From the IMG/VR virus record IMGVR_UViG_3300015214_000024, positions 9,787-73,786 of that record: a stretch of 64,000 bases of DNA; one strand, 5' to 3'. Both the position numbers and the translations under genes were made by a program. Of this stretch, positions 1 to 8,016 are shown in pieces; the first letter of the stretch is position 1; each line of letters begins with the position of its first letter. Below the pieces are notes generated by a model that searched no databases, was not told where the DNA came from, and saw only the letters and a program-made list of their open reading frames with translations. Source of the stretch: a virus (Duplodnaviria > Heunggongvirae > Uroviricota > Caudoviricetes).

Positions 1-10
1 TAGATGATGG

Positions 11-55
11 TTGACTGGTGGCCAGATTCTGCTAAAAGGATCTGGTAACAAGGAG
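11..55 (+). promoter_or_regulatory. promoter/leader cassette copy A: TTGACT-N16-TGcTAAAAG then conserved leader GGATCTGGTAACAAGGAG carrying the RBS
   Basis: near-identical to cassettes at 2324, 4349 and 9984; -35/-10 spacing 16 nt; palindromic arms CCAGAT/ATCTGG flank the -10. Confidence 0.45.
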
Positions 56-62
56 ACACAAG

Positions 63-311
63 ATGGCAAAGCTTCAGATTGTCGACGGTAGTAAGTTCAC
101 CTGGAAGGGCACTCACGGCACTTCCGAGGCAAGCGACCTGTTGTTCCGGGAATGGCCTGCCAGCTTCTACATTATGTCTCCCAAGACAGGTCAGCAGAAG
201 CTGTTCCTGCAGGGTGAAGCAAAGCGTTGCGGCACTGCTGACAACGAGCTTCAGAGCGTCGACTATTTCAATCCGGGTGGCGGGATCACTGTCACAATCT
301 TCAACGATTGA
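63..311 (+). CDS. hypothetical protein (82 aa)
   Basis: ATG preceded by AAGGAG in conserved leader; intact ORF. Confidence 0.6.
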   Translation: MAKLQIVDGSKFTWKGTHGTSEASDLLFREWPASFYIMSPKTGQQKLFLQGEAKRCGTADNELQSVDYFNPGGGITVTIFND

Positions 312-697
312 TTGGTTGACTTAGCATCAACCAGATGCTAGAAGAAGGAATACAAAGGGGCGGTTGCAAACGTCCTGGAGTTGTCGACAAGCCGAAAGGT
401 TTGGAGCCTGTCGTCTATTAGCCAGCGGTGTTCGAAAGCTTCTGGTTCAGGTAAGACGCCACCTCTTGTATAGGGGAAAAGTGGGGTTCGAAGCCCACCA
501 GGCCTTACGATCTGTGCCCAAGACCACTAGGGCCTTGTTAGGGTGGCACTGAAGGAGAAGGTATTTTTACGTCTTCCCGGAGGTTTTGAAAGGGTGTGTA
601 GAAACCGGCCAGCCATCAATGGCTCGTGGAGGAAGCCTCATCTTAGGTTGAGTGCAGGTACATAGAAGCGTGTGCCGGACCCACTTTTTAGGAGATT

Positions 698-979
698 GTG
701 ATGCGAGTTATTCTTTTTGCTTTGGCAGCACTAGCACTTATCCCAGCAGGGATTTGGCTCGAATTTGTCCATCCGGTCAATTCGATCACTGCTGACTTGG
801 AAGCCGATGGGGTAACTGATATCAATCTCCAGTATCGTATGTTCAGCGGCACGATTTTTACCCGCTGCAACCACGAACACGCAACCATCCGTTCGTTCAC
901 CGGCATCAAAAATGGCCGCTATGTGCAGGGTATTTCCTGCTATGCGCCTCTTTGGGGTTCCACACATTGGTTTGATTGA
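698..979 (+). CDS. hypothetical small protein with hydrophobic N-terminus (93 aa)
   Basis: AGGAG 7 nt upstream; N-terminal signal/TM-like segment. Confidence 0.5.
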   Translation: MMRVILFALAALALIPAGIWLEFVHPVNSITADLEADGVTDINLQYRMFSGTIFTRCNHEHATIRSFTGIKNGRYVQGISCYAPLWGSTHWFD

Positions 980-1026
980 CTAACTTCCAAAACTGTAGTA
1001 TTAAAAGCGGGAAATGGAGGTTAGTT

Positions 1027-1386
1027 ATGTATCAGATTGTCGTCAGCGTAATGCCCAAGTTTTTCGATGCATTCAATGGTCCTGCTGGAAATAGTGGCCG
1101 GCCCCACTCGTGGGTTTCGGCTTCCGGCGATGAACTTCCGGATATGATCCAAAGCCTGCGTAAGCACGCTGCTCGTGATATGAAAATGTCCGATGACGAG
1201 CTGGGCTTGATGGAACGTCTTGTCCTCAATGCTTGGACCAATCAGCTCAAGAACTCCATAGCAGTGTTCAGCAGCGATGAATTTGTCAACATCTCCATAT
1301 TGGATGCTGAAGACATTGCTGCCCGTGATGCAGCCTTGGCTGAGCTTGGCTTTGGTGGGTTCAGCACAGGAGGTACTATCCATTGA
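1027..1386 (+). CDS. hypothetical protein (119 aa from internal ATG)
   Basis: GGAGG RBS before ATG at 1027; track ORF 976..1386. Confidence 0.55.
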   Translation: MYQIVVSVMPKFFDAFNGPAGNSGRPHSWVSASGDELPDMIQSLRKHAARDMKMSDDELGLMERLVLNAWTNQLKNSIAVFSSDEFVNISILDAEDIAARDAALAELGFGGFSTGGTIH

Positions 1387-1571
1387 AAGTGCTGGCAGAT
1401 TTCGAAACCCGTGCTGGGGATTATGAGATCGTCGAATTTCCTGACGGTACTTACAGGATACGATGCGATAGGGTTGACAAGCACGGCATATGCACAGCTA
1501 ATGATGTAATAGCTTGGCTCAGTAATGCTCTGCACAATGCAGAATTCCTACTCAACAAGCACAATATCTAA
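1383..1571 (+). CDS. hypothetical protein (62 aa), non-ATG (TTG/GTG) start overlapping upstream stop
   Basis: ORF with TTGA overlap coupling; no internal ATG; followed by terminator. Confidence 0.35.
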   Translation: MKVLADFETRAGDYEIVEFPDGTYRIRCDRVDKHGICTANDVIAWLSNALHNAEFLLNKHNI

Positions 1572-1572
1572 A

Positions 1573-1593
1573 GGGGCCCAGGCCCCTTTTTTT
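1573..1593 (+). terminator. rho-independent terminator GGGGCC-ca-GGCCCC followed by T7
   Basis: perfect GC hairpin followed by TTTTTTT. Confidence 0.7.
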
Positions 1594-1712
1594 ATTCATC
1601 ACCATTAACTATATCTGTTAAAGTTAATTTTTAGGCATAAATTTGTGACCTTTTTTTGTTGACCGCATCTTTTTTTCTGCTAGAAGGATGGGGTAACGAA
1701 GGAGATGTTAAG

Positions 1713-2120
1713 ATGCTCAATGCTGCTGAAATCGCCGCCCTCGAGAACAACATCGACAACGTGTGGTCGCTGGCTGACTACCTCTCCTACCTCAATGCCG
1801 ATGCGCGCAAGCGTATGGCTGAAACTCCCGGCCTGTGGTGCTCGGAATTCACCGAGGACCTGTCGCACTGGGCTGAAGTTAACATCACCACAGCTCGCGA
1901 TCTCGCGAACTATCTCGACGCTTGCTTCCAGCGAGAAGTTCAGAAGTCAATGTATGACTATGATCGGTTCGATGATGAAATCGAGGCTTCGCGCAAAGAG
2001 CAGGCACGTCGTGATAATGTTGAACGACGTGCCCTGAAAGCCCAATATGTGAATGTGGCACCTGAGCCCAACAATGCTATCGGGAATGCTCTCCTGCAGG
2101 CATTGGGGGTCAAATGCTAA
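1713..2120 (+). CDS. hypothetical protein (135 aa from internal ATG)
   Basis: AAGGAG before ATG 1713; track ORF 1656..2120. Confidence 0.6.
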   Translation: MLNAAEIAALENNIDNVWSLADYLSYLNADARKRMAETPGLWCSEFTEDLSHWAEVNITTARDLANYLDACFQREVQKSMYDYDRFDDEIEASRKEQARRDNVERRALKAQYVNVAPEPNNAIGNALLQALGVKC

Positions 2121-2293
2121 CTAATCCCAAGTTGGGCCAGGAGGTAATCTTCACCTCGCGAATCCGTGGCATCTGCTATAAGCGGGCCATTGTGGTCAGA
2201 GTCGATGGTGCTTGGGCAGTCAAGCTAAAAGAAGACGGTGATACGTTCTTTGTTGATTTGGCTGATGAAATCGAAAATGTGCGTGGTACGTGA
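2114..2293 (+). CDS. hypothetical small protein (59 aa), start overlaps upstream stop (ATGCTAA)
   Basis: uninterrupted frame, GGGGG 8 nt upstream; below ORF-track length cutoff. Confidence 0.3.
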   Translation: MLTNPKLGQEVIFTSRIRGICYKRAIVVRVDGAWAVKLKEDGDTFFVDLADEIENVRGT

Positions 2294-2323
2294 AAAAAAG
2301 ACCTGTTAACTACCTTTTTTTTG

Positions 2324-2351
2324 TCGACCAGGCCAATAATTCTGCTAAAAG
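2324..2351 (+). promoter_or_regulatory. promoter cassette copy D (TcGACC-N16-TGcTAAAAG)
   Basis: same -10 region CTGCTAAAAGGG as copies A/B/C; upstream of 2388 gene. Confidence 0.4.
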
Positions 2352-2387
2352 GGTGGCAGTTAAACGCAAACGCAAGGAGATACGAAG

Positions 2388-2978
2388 ATGGCTACTGCAA
2401 TTGAAAAGCTTCAGAATGTTATCGCCAAGGTCGGTGATGTCGACAACGCCGGCGAGATGATCGCACAGGGCATCAAGGCTCGCAAGAAGGCGGACCTGAA
2501 GGTGTTGGGCTTCACTGCAATGTCGGCGACGGTGGCAACGGACGAAGGCGACACGCTTCGCATCGTGTCCAAGCGTGATGCGGCTGATGCTCAGTTCCAG
2601 GGCTTTACGAAGCGCAAGACGTCCGTTATGTTACCCAAGACCGAGACGGTGGCGGACCTGGATGGTTTCCGGATCGACAAGATCGAGCAGCTGGTGCCGC
2701 TGAAGACTGTCATCGGCGACGACAATGATGCATTCAACAGCTGGCTGGCTCGCTATGCAGGTGCTCGTTCGACGGGCAAGGCAACTCGCGGCGCTCGCGA
2801 TGAAGCTGCTCCGGCATCCGTTCAGAACATCGTCCACGTCGGCAACCTGCGCGGTCTGGTCAACAAGATGGTCCAGTTCAATGCCGGCGCAATGGCGATG
2901 ACGTTCGATCGCTTCTCGGTCCGCGAGAACCAGGACGGCACGAAGCAGATCGTGATTACCGATCCCTTCAACGCCTGA
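2388..2978 (+). CDS. hypothetical protein (196 aa), strong RBS, GC-rich codon usage
   Basis: AAGGAGAT RBS; clean ORF; 9-bp hairpin GGGAGTCAA/TTGACTCCC downstream (2985-3030). Confidence 0.7.
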   Translation: MATAIEKLQNVIAKVGDVDNAGEMIAQGIKARKKADLKVLGFTAMSATVATDEGDTLRIVSKRDAADAQFQGFTKRKTSVMLPKTETVADLDGFRIDKIEQLVPLKTVIGDDNDAFNSWLARYAGARSTGKATRGARDEAAPASVQNIVHVGNLRGLVNKMVQFNAGAMAMTFDRFSVRENQDGTKQIVITDPFNA

Positions 2979-3052
2979 AACAAAATGGGAGTCAATGAAA
3001 TAAAGTAGTTGACTCCCATTCATCCAGGCCATAGAAGACGAATATCAAATGG

Positions 3053-3173
3053 GCCCGCGTAGCACAAGCGGCTAGTGCGCTCTTAGACTTTACCCGAGGT
3101 AGGCCACCGAGGGGCTTGGATAGGCCATCCAATGCGTCTGAGTGAGATTCCAGTTCGAATCTGGACGCGGGCA
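3053..3173 (+). ncRNA. tRNA-like RNA (121 nt): 7-bp acceptor stem, D-arm, T-arm with TTCGAAT loop, but 47-nt insertion in place of anticodon loop
   Basis: GCCCGCG...CGCGGGC acceptor pairing; GCAC/GTGC D-stem with GG loop; TCCAG-TTCGAAT-CTGGA T-arm; 9-bp extended anticodon-like helix 3080-3088/3136-3144. Confidence 0.45.
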
Positions 3174-3332
3174 GCAGTATAGAAGGCCGAAAGGCAGAAG
3201 TAAAACGAGGCGACTGAGCGCGCCTATCCACGGGACGGACGACTACGCGCGGTAGGTAATCAGCCCTTGGAGGACTATACTGGCACCCATATCCGTGGAT
3301 GGGCTTCCACGGAAGCACGTGGATGGAGAACA

Positions 3333-3554
3333 ATGGCGAAGCGATCATTTTGGCAGCCAACTGGTGGCGGCTACAATGTGTTCTATGCGGAATACAGATC
3401 CCGCGAGGATCCTACAATCAAACTGTGGAAACGATGCTCCTCCGGCAAGGAACGTGAGGAGTTCATTCGTGAGCAAAGCTTGATCATTCGGCGGTTTGAG
3501 ACTGAGAAAGAGTATCTGGATTTCTACAACTTTCTGTCGACATTAGTGGCATAG
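3333..3554 (+). CDS. hypothetical protein (73 aa), TAG stop
   Basis: internal ATG with GGAG-like RBS; preceded by TCCGTGGA hairpin; ends in rare TAG. Confidence 0.45.
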   Translation: MAKRSFWQPTGGGYNVFYAEYRSREDPTIKLWKRCSSGKEREEFIREQSLIIRRFETEKEYLDFYNFLSTLVA

Positions 3555-3583
3555 CCTGCTAGTACGATTCAAAGGAGATTCAT

Positions 3584-3934
3584 ATGCAGGTTGAAACTAA
3601 ATTCATCGCCAAGGATGGCAAGAAGTTCGACACTCAGCCTGAAGCTGAAGCCTACGAGGCTGAGCTGGATCGGAAAGCTGATGAGCGCTATACCAAATAT
3701 CTGACCAGCTCTGCTGGCAAGCGGCTGCTCCAGGACCACAGTTCCACGGAAGAGGGTTATTGGCACGCCATTGGAGAGAGCGACGATCCTGGGATTGGCG
3801 GTGGACGAGGACCTGACCTTGGAATCTACAAGGGCCGGCTCGTTGATGTTATTCGCAAGGTAACGGCTATGAATGCCTTCTGGTCCTGGGGTGGCGGTGG
3901 CTACATTACCAAGGTCAATGTGACCGAACTCTAA
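3584..3934 (+). CDS. hypothetical protein (116 aa), Gly-rich C-terminus
   Basis: AAGGAG RBS. Confidence 0.65.
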   Translation: MQVETKFIAKDGKKFDTQPEAEAYEAELDRKADERYTKYLTSSAGKRLLQDHSSTEEGYWHAIGESDDPGIGGGRGPDLGIYKGRLVDVIRKVTAMNAFWSWGGGGYITKVNVTEL

Positions 3935-3993
3935 ATTGACAAAATGTAAACTGAATGTTACCATTCGGTTGAATACTTTTGGAGATTTCAGAG

Positions 3994-4158
3994 ATGGAAA
4001 CTAAGGTTGTCAAGCCTTTTACTAGTTCAGAGCTAGAACGAATCAAGAAGCTTGCGAACGAATACCGACCCTCAATGGATAAAACAGTTGTCCACGCTTG
4101 GGGCGAAGACGTTGCTAAGCTTCTTAGAAGCTATCTCACGCGCATTGGAGAGCAGTGA
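3994..4158 (+). CDS. hypothetical small protein (54 aa)
   Basis: GGAG 9 nt upstream; TGATG coupling to next ORF. Confidence 0.4.
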   Translation: METKVVKPFTSSELERIKKLANEYRPSMDKTVVHAWGEDVAKLLRSYLTRIGEQ

Positions 4159-4346
4159 TGTTCAACGTGTATCCTTGCGAGCTAACGTACACTAGAACTA
4201 CGAAGACGGGCATTCTAGCAGGCATTCCGTGCCCTTGCATTATCGGTGTCGCGTCCAAGAAGGACGGTGAGAAACTGTTTGCTGATTTGGTCAAGAACAA
4301 TCCAGACATCTCATTTACAAATCCAAAGATCAATGAGCGAAAATAA
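4158..4346 (+). CDS. hypothetical protein (62 aa)
   Basis: ATG overlapping upstream TGA. Confidence 0.5.
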   Translation: MFNVYPCELTYTRTTKTGILAGIPCPCIIGVASKKDGEKLFADLVKNNPDISFTNPKINERK

Positions 4347-4348
4347 TT

Positions 4349-4394
4349 CTTGACCTAATTCCAGATCCTGCTAAAAGGGTCTGGTAACAAGGAG
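4349..4394 (+). promoter_or_regulatory. promoter/leader cassette copy B (TTGACC-N16-TGcTAAAAG + GGTCTGGTAACAAGGAG)
   Basis: near-identical to copy A. Confidence 0.45.
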
Positions 4395-4400
4395 AAAGAA

Positions 4401-4718
4401 ATGTCTCGCACTCATCGCCGGCATCATCCTAAGACCACCAAGTGGGCTCGACGCGAAGTCGAAGGTTACACGTTCTGTGGTTGCCGCTATGCTTTCGAGG
4501 ATAACAGCGATATGAGCCAGCGCCACACGCTCAGCATCCTGCGCGGTGATGATGGCCGTATCCGCTACGACAAGTGCGCTGGTGCTGTCTCGGACAACGA
4601 GGGTAACTGGAAGCTCAACACTTGGGACGAGTCCCCTAGCAAGCACAATGATGCCCACCGTCACCGCCGCCGCGCTGACAAGAAGCTCATTCGCAGCCAG
4701 CTCAAAGATATGGATTGA
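4401..4718 (+). CDS. hypothetical basic His/Arg-rich protein (105 aa)
   Basis: conserved leader + RBS. Confidence 0.6.
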   Translation: MSRTHRRHHPKTTKWARREVEGYTFCGCRYAFEDNSDMSQRHTLSILRGDDGRIRYDKCAGAVSDNEGNWKLNTWDESPSKHNDAHRHRRRADKKLIRSQLKDMD

Positions 4719-4751
4719 CAACCCGTGTGTAAGAACGTAATCAAGAACACG

Positions 4752-5492
4752 ATGGCCCGTCTGCCCTGGGAGAAGAAGGCAGAGTTCAATATCCGGCTCA
4801 CGCTAGTGCGGGCTGCTAAGCGGCAGCGGCTCTGGGTAGAGCAAGATGGCAAATGTCACTACTGCGATCAAGAAACAGTATTGCCCAGGCCAGGACAAAA
4901 CAACCGTGGCGGCAATCTGGCAACGTTAGACCACATCATTACACAGAGCAATGGTGGGACTGATAGCCTCAACAATCTGGTCGTCGCCTGCCATACTTGC
5001 AACAGCAACCGCCTTGATATGGATTATGAAATTTTTTATAATCTAATGAAGACTCCTGGTGCTTGGAAAGAACATTGTGCTGAAATGGCCCGGCAGAAAG
5101 CGGCTCGTGATGAAGAACGTCGCAAAGCAAACCTTCGCCGTCACGAAGAACTCCTGGCAATGGAAAAAGCTGCCGCATCTGCTCGCCAAATGGAACGGCT
5201 CCGCAAACACGCTCCGAATGTGATCAAATTTGCTCAGCGTGAGGGTTTTATTCTTCCTACTGATCCTGAAGAGCGTATCCAATGGGCTATCAATTATCAT
5301 CTTGAACAAGCTCGGCTCCACAAAATGTTCGGTCCTAATGGTGACAACCTTTTGAAGGATTGGCTCCATCGATCAAACTTCGCACCACGGAAGGATGGCC
5401 GTGGATGGGTAGCTATCCAGGAATGCTCTTCCAGGGACCCTCTTCCGTGGAGGGACTTGACTGGAGAGACGGAATTCTATATTATGAATTAA
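4752..5492 (+). CDS. HNH homing endonuclease
   Basis: CHYCD...LDHIITQSNGGTDSLNNLVVACHTCNSNR HNH motif; ends 3 nt before tRNA. Confidence 0.7.
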   Translation: MARLPWEKKAEFNIRLTLVRAAKRQRLWVEQDGKCHYCDQETVLPRPGQNNRGGNLATLDHIITQSNGGTDSLNNLVVACHTCNSNRLDMDYEIFYNLMKTPGAWKEHCAEMARQKAARDEERRKANLRRHEELLAMEKAAASARQMERLRKHAPNVIKFAQREGFILPTDPEERIQWAINYHLEQARLHKMFGPNGDNLLKDWLHRSNFAPRKDGRGWVAIQECSSRDPLPWRDLTGETEFYIMN

Positions 5493-5494
5493 TC

Positions 5495-5572
5495 GCAGGC
5501 GTAGTGCTCAGTGGCAGAGCCGGGGTCTCTAAAACCCGTCGGTCGTGGGTTCGATGCCCACCGCTTGCACCA
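5495..5572 (+). tRNA. tRNA with anticodon CUA (candidate amber suppressor), CCA encoded; atypical 4-nt spacer between acceptor and D stems
   Basis: acceptor GCAGGCG/CGCTTGC (one G-U), D-arm GCTC-AGTGGCA-GAGC, anticodon loop CUCUAAA, T-arm GTGGG-TTCGATG-CCCAC, A73-CCA, then T5. Confidence 0.5.
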
Positions 5573-5587
5573 TTTTTAGGAGGTTGA

Positions 5588-5821
5588 ATGGTTGACATTA
5601 AAATCGTTTTTGACCGAAAACTAGACATTGTTGAGCTAGAAGTCTTAGCGGCGAAATTTCGGTCTGGAATGTCAACCCATACTTCTTATAAAAAAAAGCC
5701 ATATGTATCTGGTTTAGCCAACACTGCGGTTATTTCAATACCCAAAAAGCATCTTTATAGTGTTATTAACTATCTTCTTACTTTCCCTGAAATCAAATAT
5801 GCGGATCCAATGTATGACTGA
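5588..5821 (+). CDS. hypothetical protein (77 aa)
   Basis: AGGAGG RBS. Confidence 0.6.
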   Translation: MVDIKIVFDRKLDIVELEVLAAKFRSGMSTHTSYKKKPYVSGLANTAVISIPKKHLYSVINYLLTFPEIKYADPMYD

Positions 5822-6197
5822 AAATGATGTCGTAAACAGTCAAGCATTCAAAGTCATCAACCTGATGATTGACCAGAAGGCTGAAGAACTCAAGCGATAT
5901 ATGCTCGGTCTCAAGGACCGTACTGAGATTCTGTTCCGTGAACAGAAATATCCTCCAGCCGTTCGCACTCGCATCCATTGTGAAAATCCTCGCAATAGTG
6001 GTGCCTACACAGCACTTCCAGCCCACCCCCACGAGGTCAAAGACCTTCAGCACTACCTAGATTCAATCGCCACGTTGGAGAAGGAAATCAACGAACTCCA
6101 GAAGATGAAATGTCGCTTGACTGGCGACTGGGATTTCACTAATGGTGATACATCCGATATGGAAGCCGTTTTTGGCGAAAAGATTGAAGGTATGTGA
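5814..6197 (+). CDS. hypothetical coiled-coil protein (127 aa)
   Basis: ATGACTGA overlap with upstream stop. Confidence 0.5.
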   Translation: MTENDVVNSQAFKVINLMIDQKAEELKRYMLGLKDRTEILFREQKYPPAVRTRIHCENPRNSGAYTALPAHPHEVKDLQHYLDSIATLEKEINELQKMKCRLTGDWDFTNGDTSDMEAVFGEKIEGM

Positions 6198-6772
6198 TGT
6201 ACATCAAGAATTTCCTTAACAAGAATATGTGCTCGAAGTATTTCGAGATGTTCTGGAATGACCTTGATTGGGAGCGTCGTCCGGATGCTCCGCGTCGCGA
6301 ATATTGGACTAACCTGTATGACCGCGATTATACATATGGCCGAGGTGCTGGCATTCGCACCTATCAGGCCCGTGAAGGACACCCAGATATTTGGGCTATC
6401 GGAACCTATTCAGAAATGGAAGCCTTTGACCACGGTATGATGGACAATGGCCAGATGTTTGAGGGGTGCTTCCTCAATGGTTACGAAGGGGCAAGGGACT
6501 GGCTGGGCTGGCACGCCGATGACGATCCAGCTATCGATCACAGTAAGCCTATCGCCATCGTGACACTGTATCGTGAGCCCGAGAAGAAGCCGCGTGTAAT
6601 CCAGTTCAGGGACAATGCTACGCAGACAGTTGAATCTGTCGAACTACACCACGGCTCCTTGTATTTGATGCCGCCCGGTTTTCAGTTTACACATCAGCAT
6701 CGAATCCCTAAAGCGGGATTTGAATGCAGTGACCGGATCTCCCTCACATTCAGGGGCTTAGTAAAAAACTAA
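6197..6772 (+). CDS. alkB: AlkB-like 2OG-Fe(II) dioxygenase (nucleic acid demethylase)
   Basis: HxD (GWHADDD), distal His (FTHQHRIP) and RISLTFR motif; TGATG coupling. Confidence 0.75.
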   Translation: MYIKNFLNKNMCSKYFEMFWNDLDWERRPDAPRREYWTNLYDRDYTYGRGAGIRTYQAREGHPDIWAIGTYSEMEAFDHGMMDNGQMFEGCFLNGYEGARDWLGWHADDDPAIDHSKPIAIVTLYREPEKKPRVIQFRDNATQTVESVELHHGSLYLMPPGFQFTHQHRIPKAGFECSDRISLTFRGLVKN

Positions 6773-6776
6773 GCCC

Positions 6777-6804
6777 TTGACTTTCGCTATAGTTAATGTA
6801 TGCT
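6777..6804 (+). promoter_or_regulatory. sigma70-like promoter TTGACT-N16-TATGCT
   Basis: consensus -35, 16-nt spacer; preceded by hairpin GGGCTTAG/CTAAGCCC (6756-6778). Confidence 0.4.
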
Positions 6805-6833
6805 TGCGTGGAGATAACTACGTGAGGTAAATT

Positions 6834-7145
6834 GTGGCGAAAACCCCATCGTGGAGAAAACGCGAACCCGTCGAGGCTCTAGAAGACCTAAGGGACGACT
6901 GTATCGCAATTGTCATCAATTCGAAGATGACATTCAAGCAAGTCCACGAACAGGGCGGGCCAACTCCTACAACCATCAGCAAATGGCTGTACAGGGAAAC
7001 GAAGTTCCCTAGATTAACGACCATACGGGCAATATTAAATGCCTGTGATCACGATTTAACAATAACATCACGTGGTGATCGTGTCAAGAGATATGGGCAC
7101 GAAGGAATCCAATATCCTCCGAACAAAACTCGTCGCAAAAAATAA
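6834..7145 (+). CDS. HTH-type DNA-binding protein (103 aa), GTG start
   Basis: GAGGT RBS; helix-turn-helix-like segment TISKWLYRETKFPRLTTIRAIL. Confidence 0.45.
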   Translation: MAKTPSWRKREPVEALEDLRDDCIAIVINSKMTFKQVHEQGGPTPTTISKWLYRETKFPRLTTIRAILNACDHDLTITSRGDRVKRYGHEGIQYPPNKTRRKK

Positions 7146-7195
7146 TCATTGACATTTCTCCGTAATCAGCTATCAGTCTGGTGACGGAGGAACAA

Positions 7196-7717
7196 ATGAA
7201 TCTTTTGGCGTACGAAATTCGTGGTGCCCAGGTCCACATCAAAGCAGCCACGAGCGTTAAGAAAGACGGATCGTTCCGCCTCAAGGAAACATACGGGATT
7301 GGTGGTAATCCGCAAGGAGTTCGCGGTTCTGAAAAGCATATCAAAAAGCTGAATCAAGTTTCCACCATCTTCTCAAATGCTACTGGCGATGACTGGGACA
7401 TTGGTGAGTTAGTTTACATTGATTCTCCCCGCCAATATTATGGCTACATTACAAATGGGGAGGATAAACTTCTCTATATGTATATCGCCACCCACGCACC
7501 GGGCAGTGGGCAACAGTATTTCTTCTCACCACATTTAAGCCCGACACGGGTATTGAACTCCAATTTCAATCCCGAACTGGCAGCTTGGATTATCAAAAGT
7601 CGGTTTTCCAAAGATTATCAGAAAATCGGTTGGAATGATCAGCAAATAATGATTGACCTACTCCGCCAAGGTGTTACAGCTGATGTTGTAAACACCGCGC
7701 TTGCCGTAATGCGCTGA
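7196..7717 (+). CDS. hypothetical protein (173 aa)
   Basis: GGAGG 6 nt before ATG. Confidence 0.6.
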   Translation: MNLLAYEIRGAQVHIKAATSVKKDGSFRLKETYGIGGNPQGVRGSEKHIKKLNQVSTIFSNATGDDWDIGELVYIDSPRQYYGYITNGEDKLLYMYIATHAPGSGQQYFFSPHLSPTRVLNSNFNPELAAWIIKSRFSKDYQKIGWNDQQIMIDLLRQGVTADVVNTALAVMR

Positions 7718-7728
7718 GGAGGTTATAA

Positions 7729-8016
7729 ATGAAACCGACGGTTAAGGAACGCACGAAGGTTATTGGTGATACCCGTATCACGTCTTTGGTTTCGACCACC
7801 AAAGCTACCTGGAAGCGAATCTCGACTTACTGGCGATTGCCTTGCGGATGTGTCAATCCAGATATTTGGACCTCGGATGATCTCCACCAGTCAGAATGCA
7901 CGGATTGCGGGCGACGATGGAAGCATATGACCACTACTTGCGAAATGCTCGATGGGCAGCCGCAAGGTCCTGAAGTGTATGTGCTGACTGAAAAGATGAT
8001 CTTCAATGGTGTCTGA
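7729..8016 (+). CDS. hypothetical Cys-rich protein (95 aa)
   Basis: GAGGAGG RBS. Confidence 0.55.
   Translation: MKPTVKERTKVIGDTRITSLVSTTKATWKRISTYWRLPCGCVNPDIWTSDDLHQSECTDCGRRWKHMTTTCEMLDGQPQGPEVYVLTEKMIFNGV

Noticed and set aside
360-500. tmRNA or tRNA hypothesis for the GGGGCGG...GTGGGGTTCGAAGCCCAC segment
   Set aside because: The T-loop would be 8 nt, and no complementary 3' acceptor strand (CCGCCCC) or CCA is present. The fold could not be completed.
2992-3360. 122-aa minus-strand ORF
   Set aside because: It overlaps the tRNA-like element and the GC-rich structured region. It has no RBS and is probably a noncoding region.
5360-5587. 75-aa ORF
   Set aside because: It overlaps the tRNA gene and the HNH gene's 3' end.
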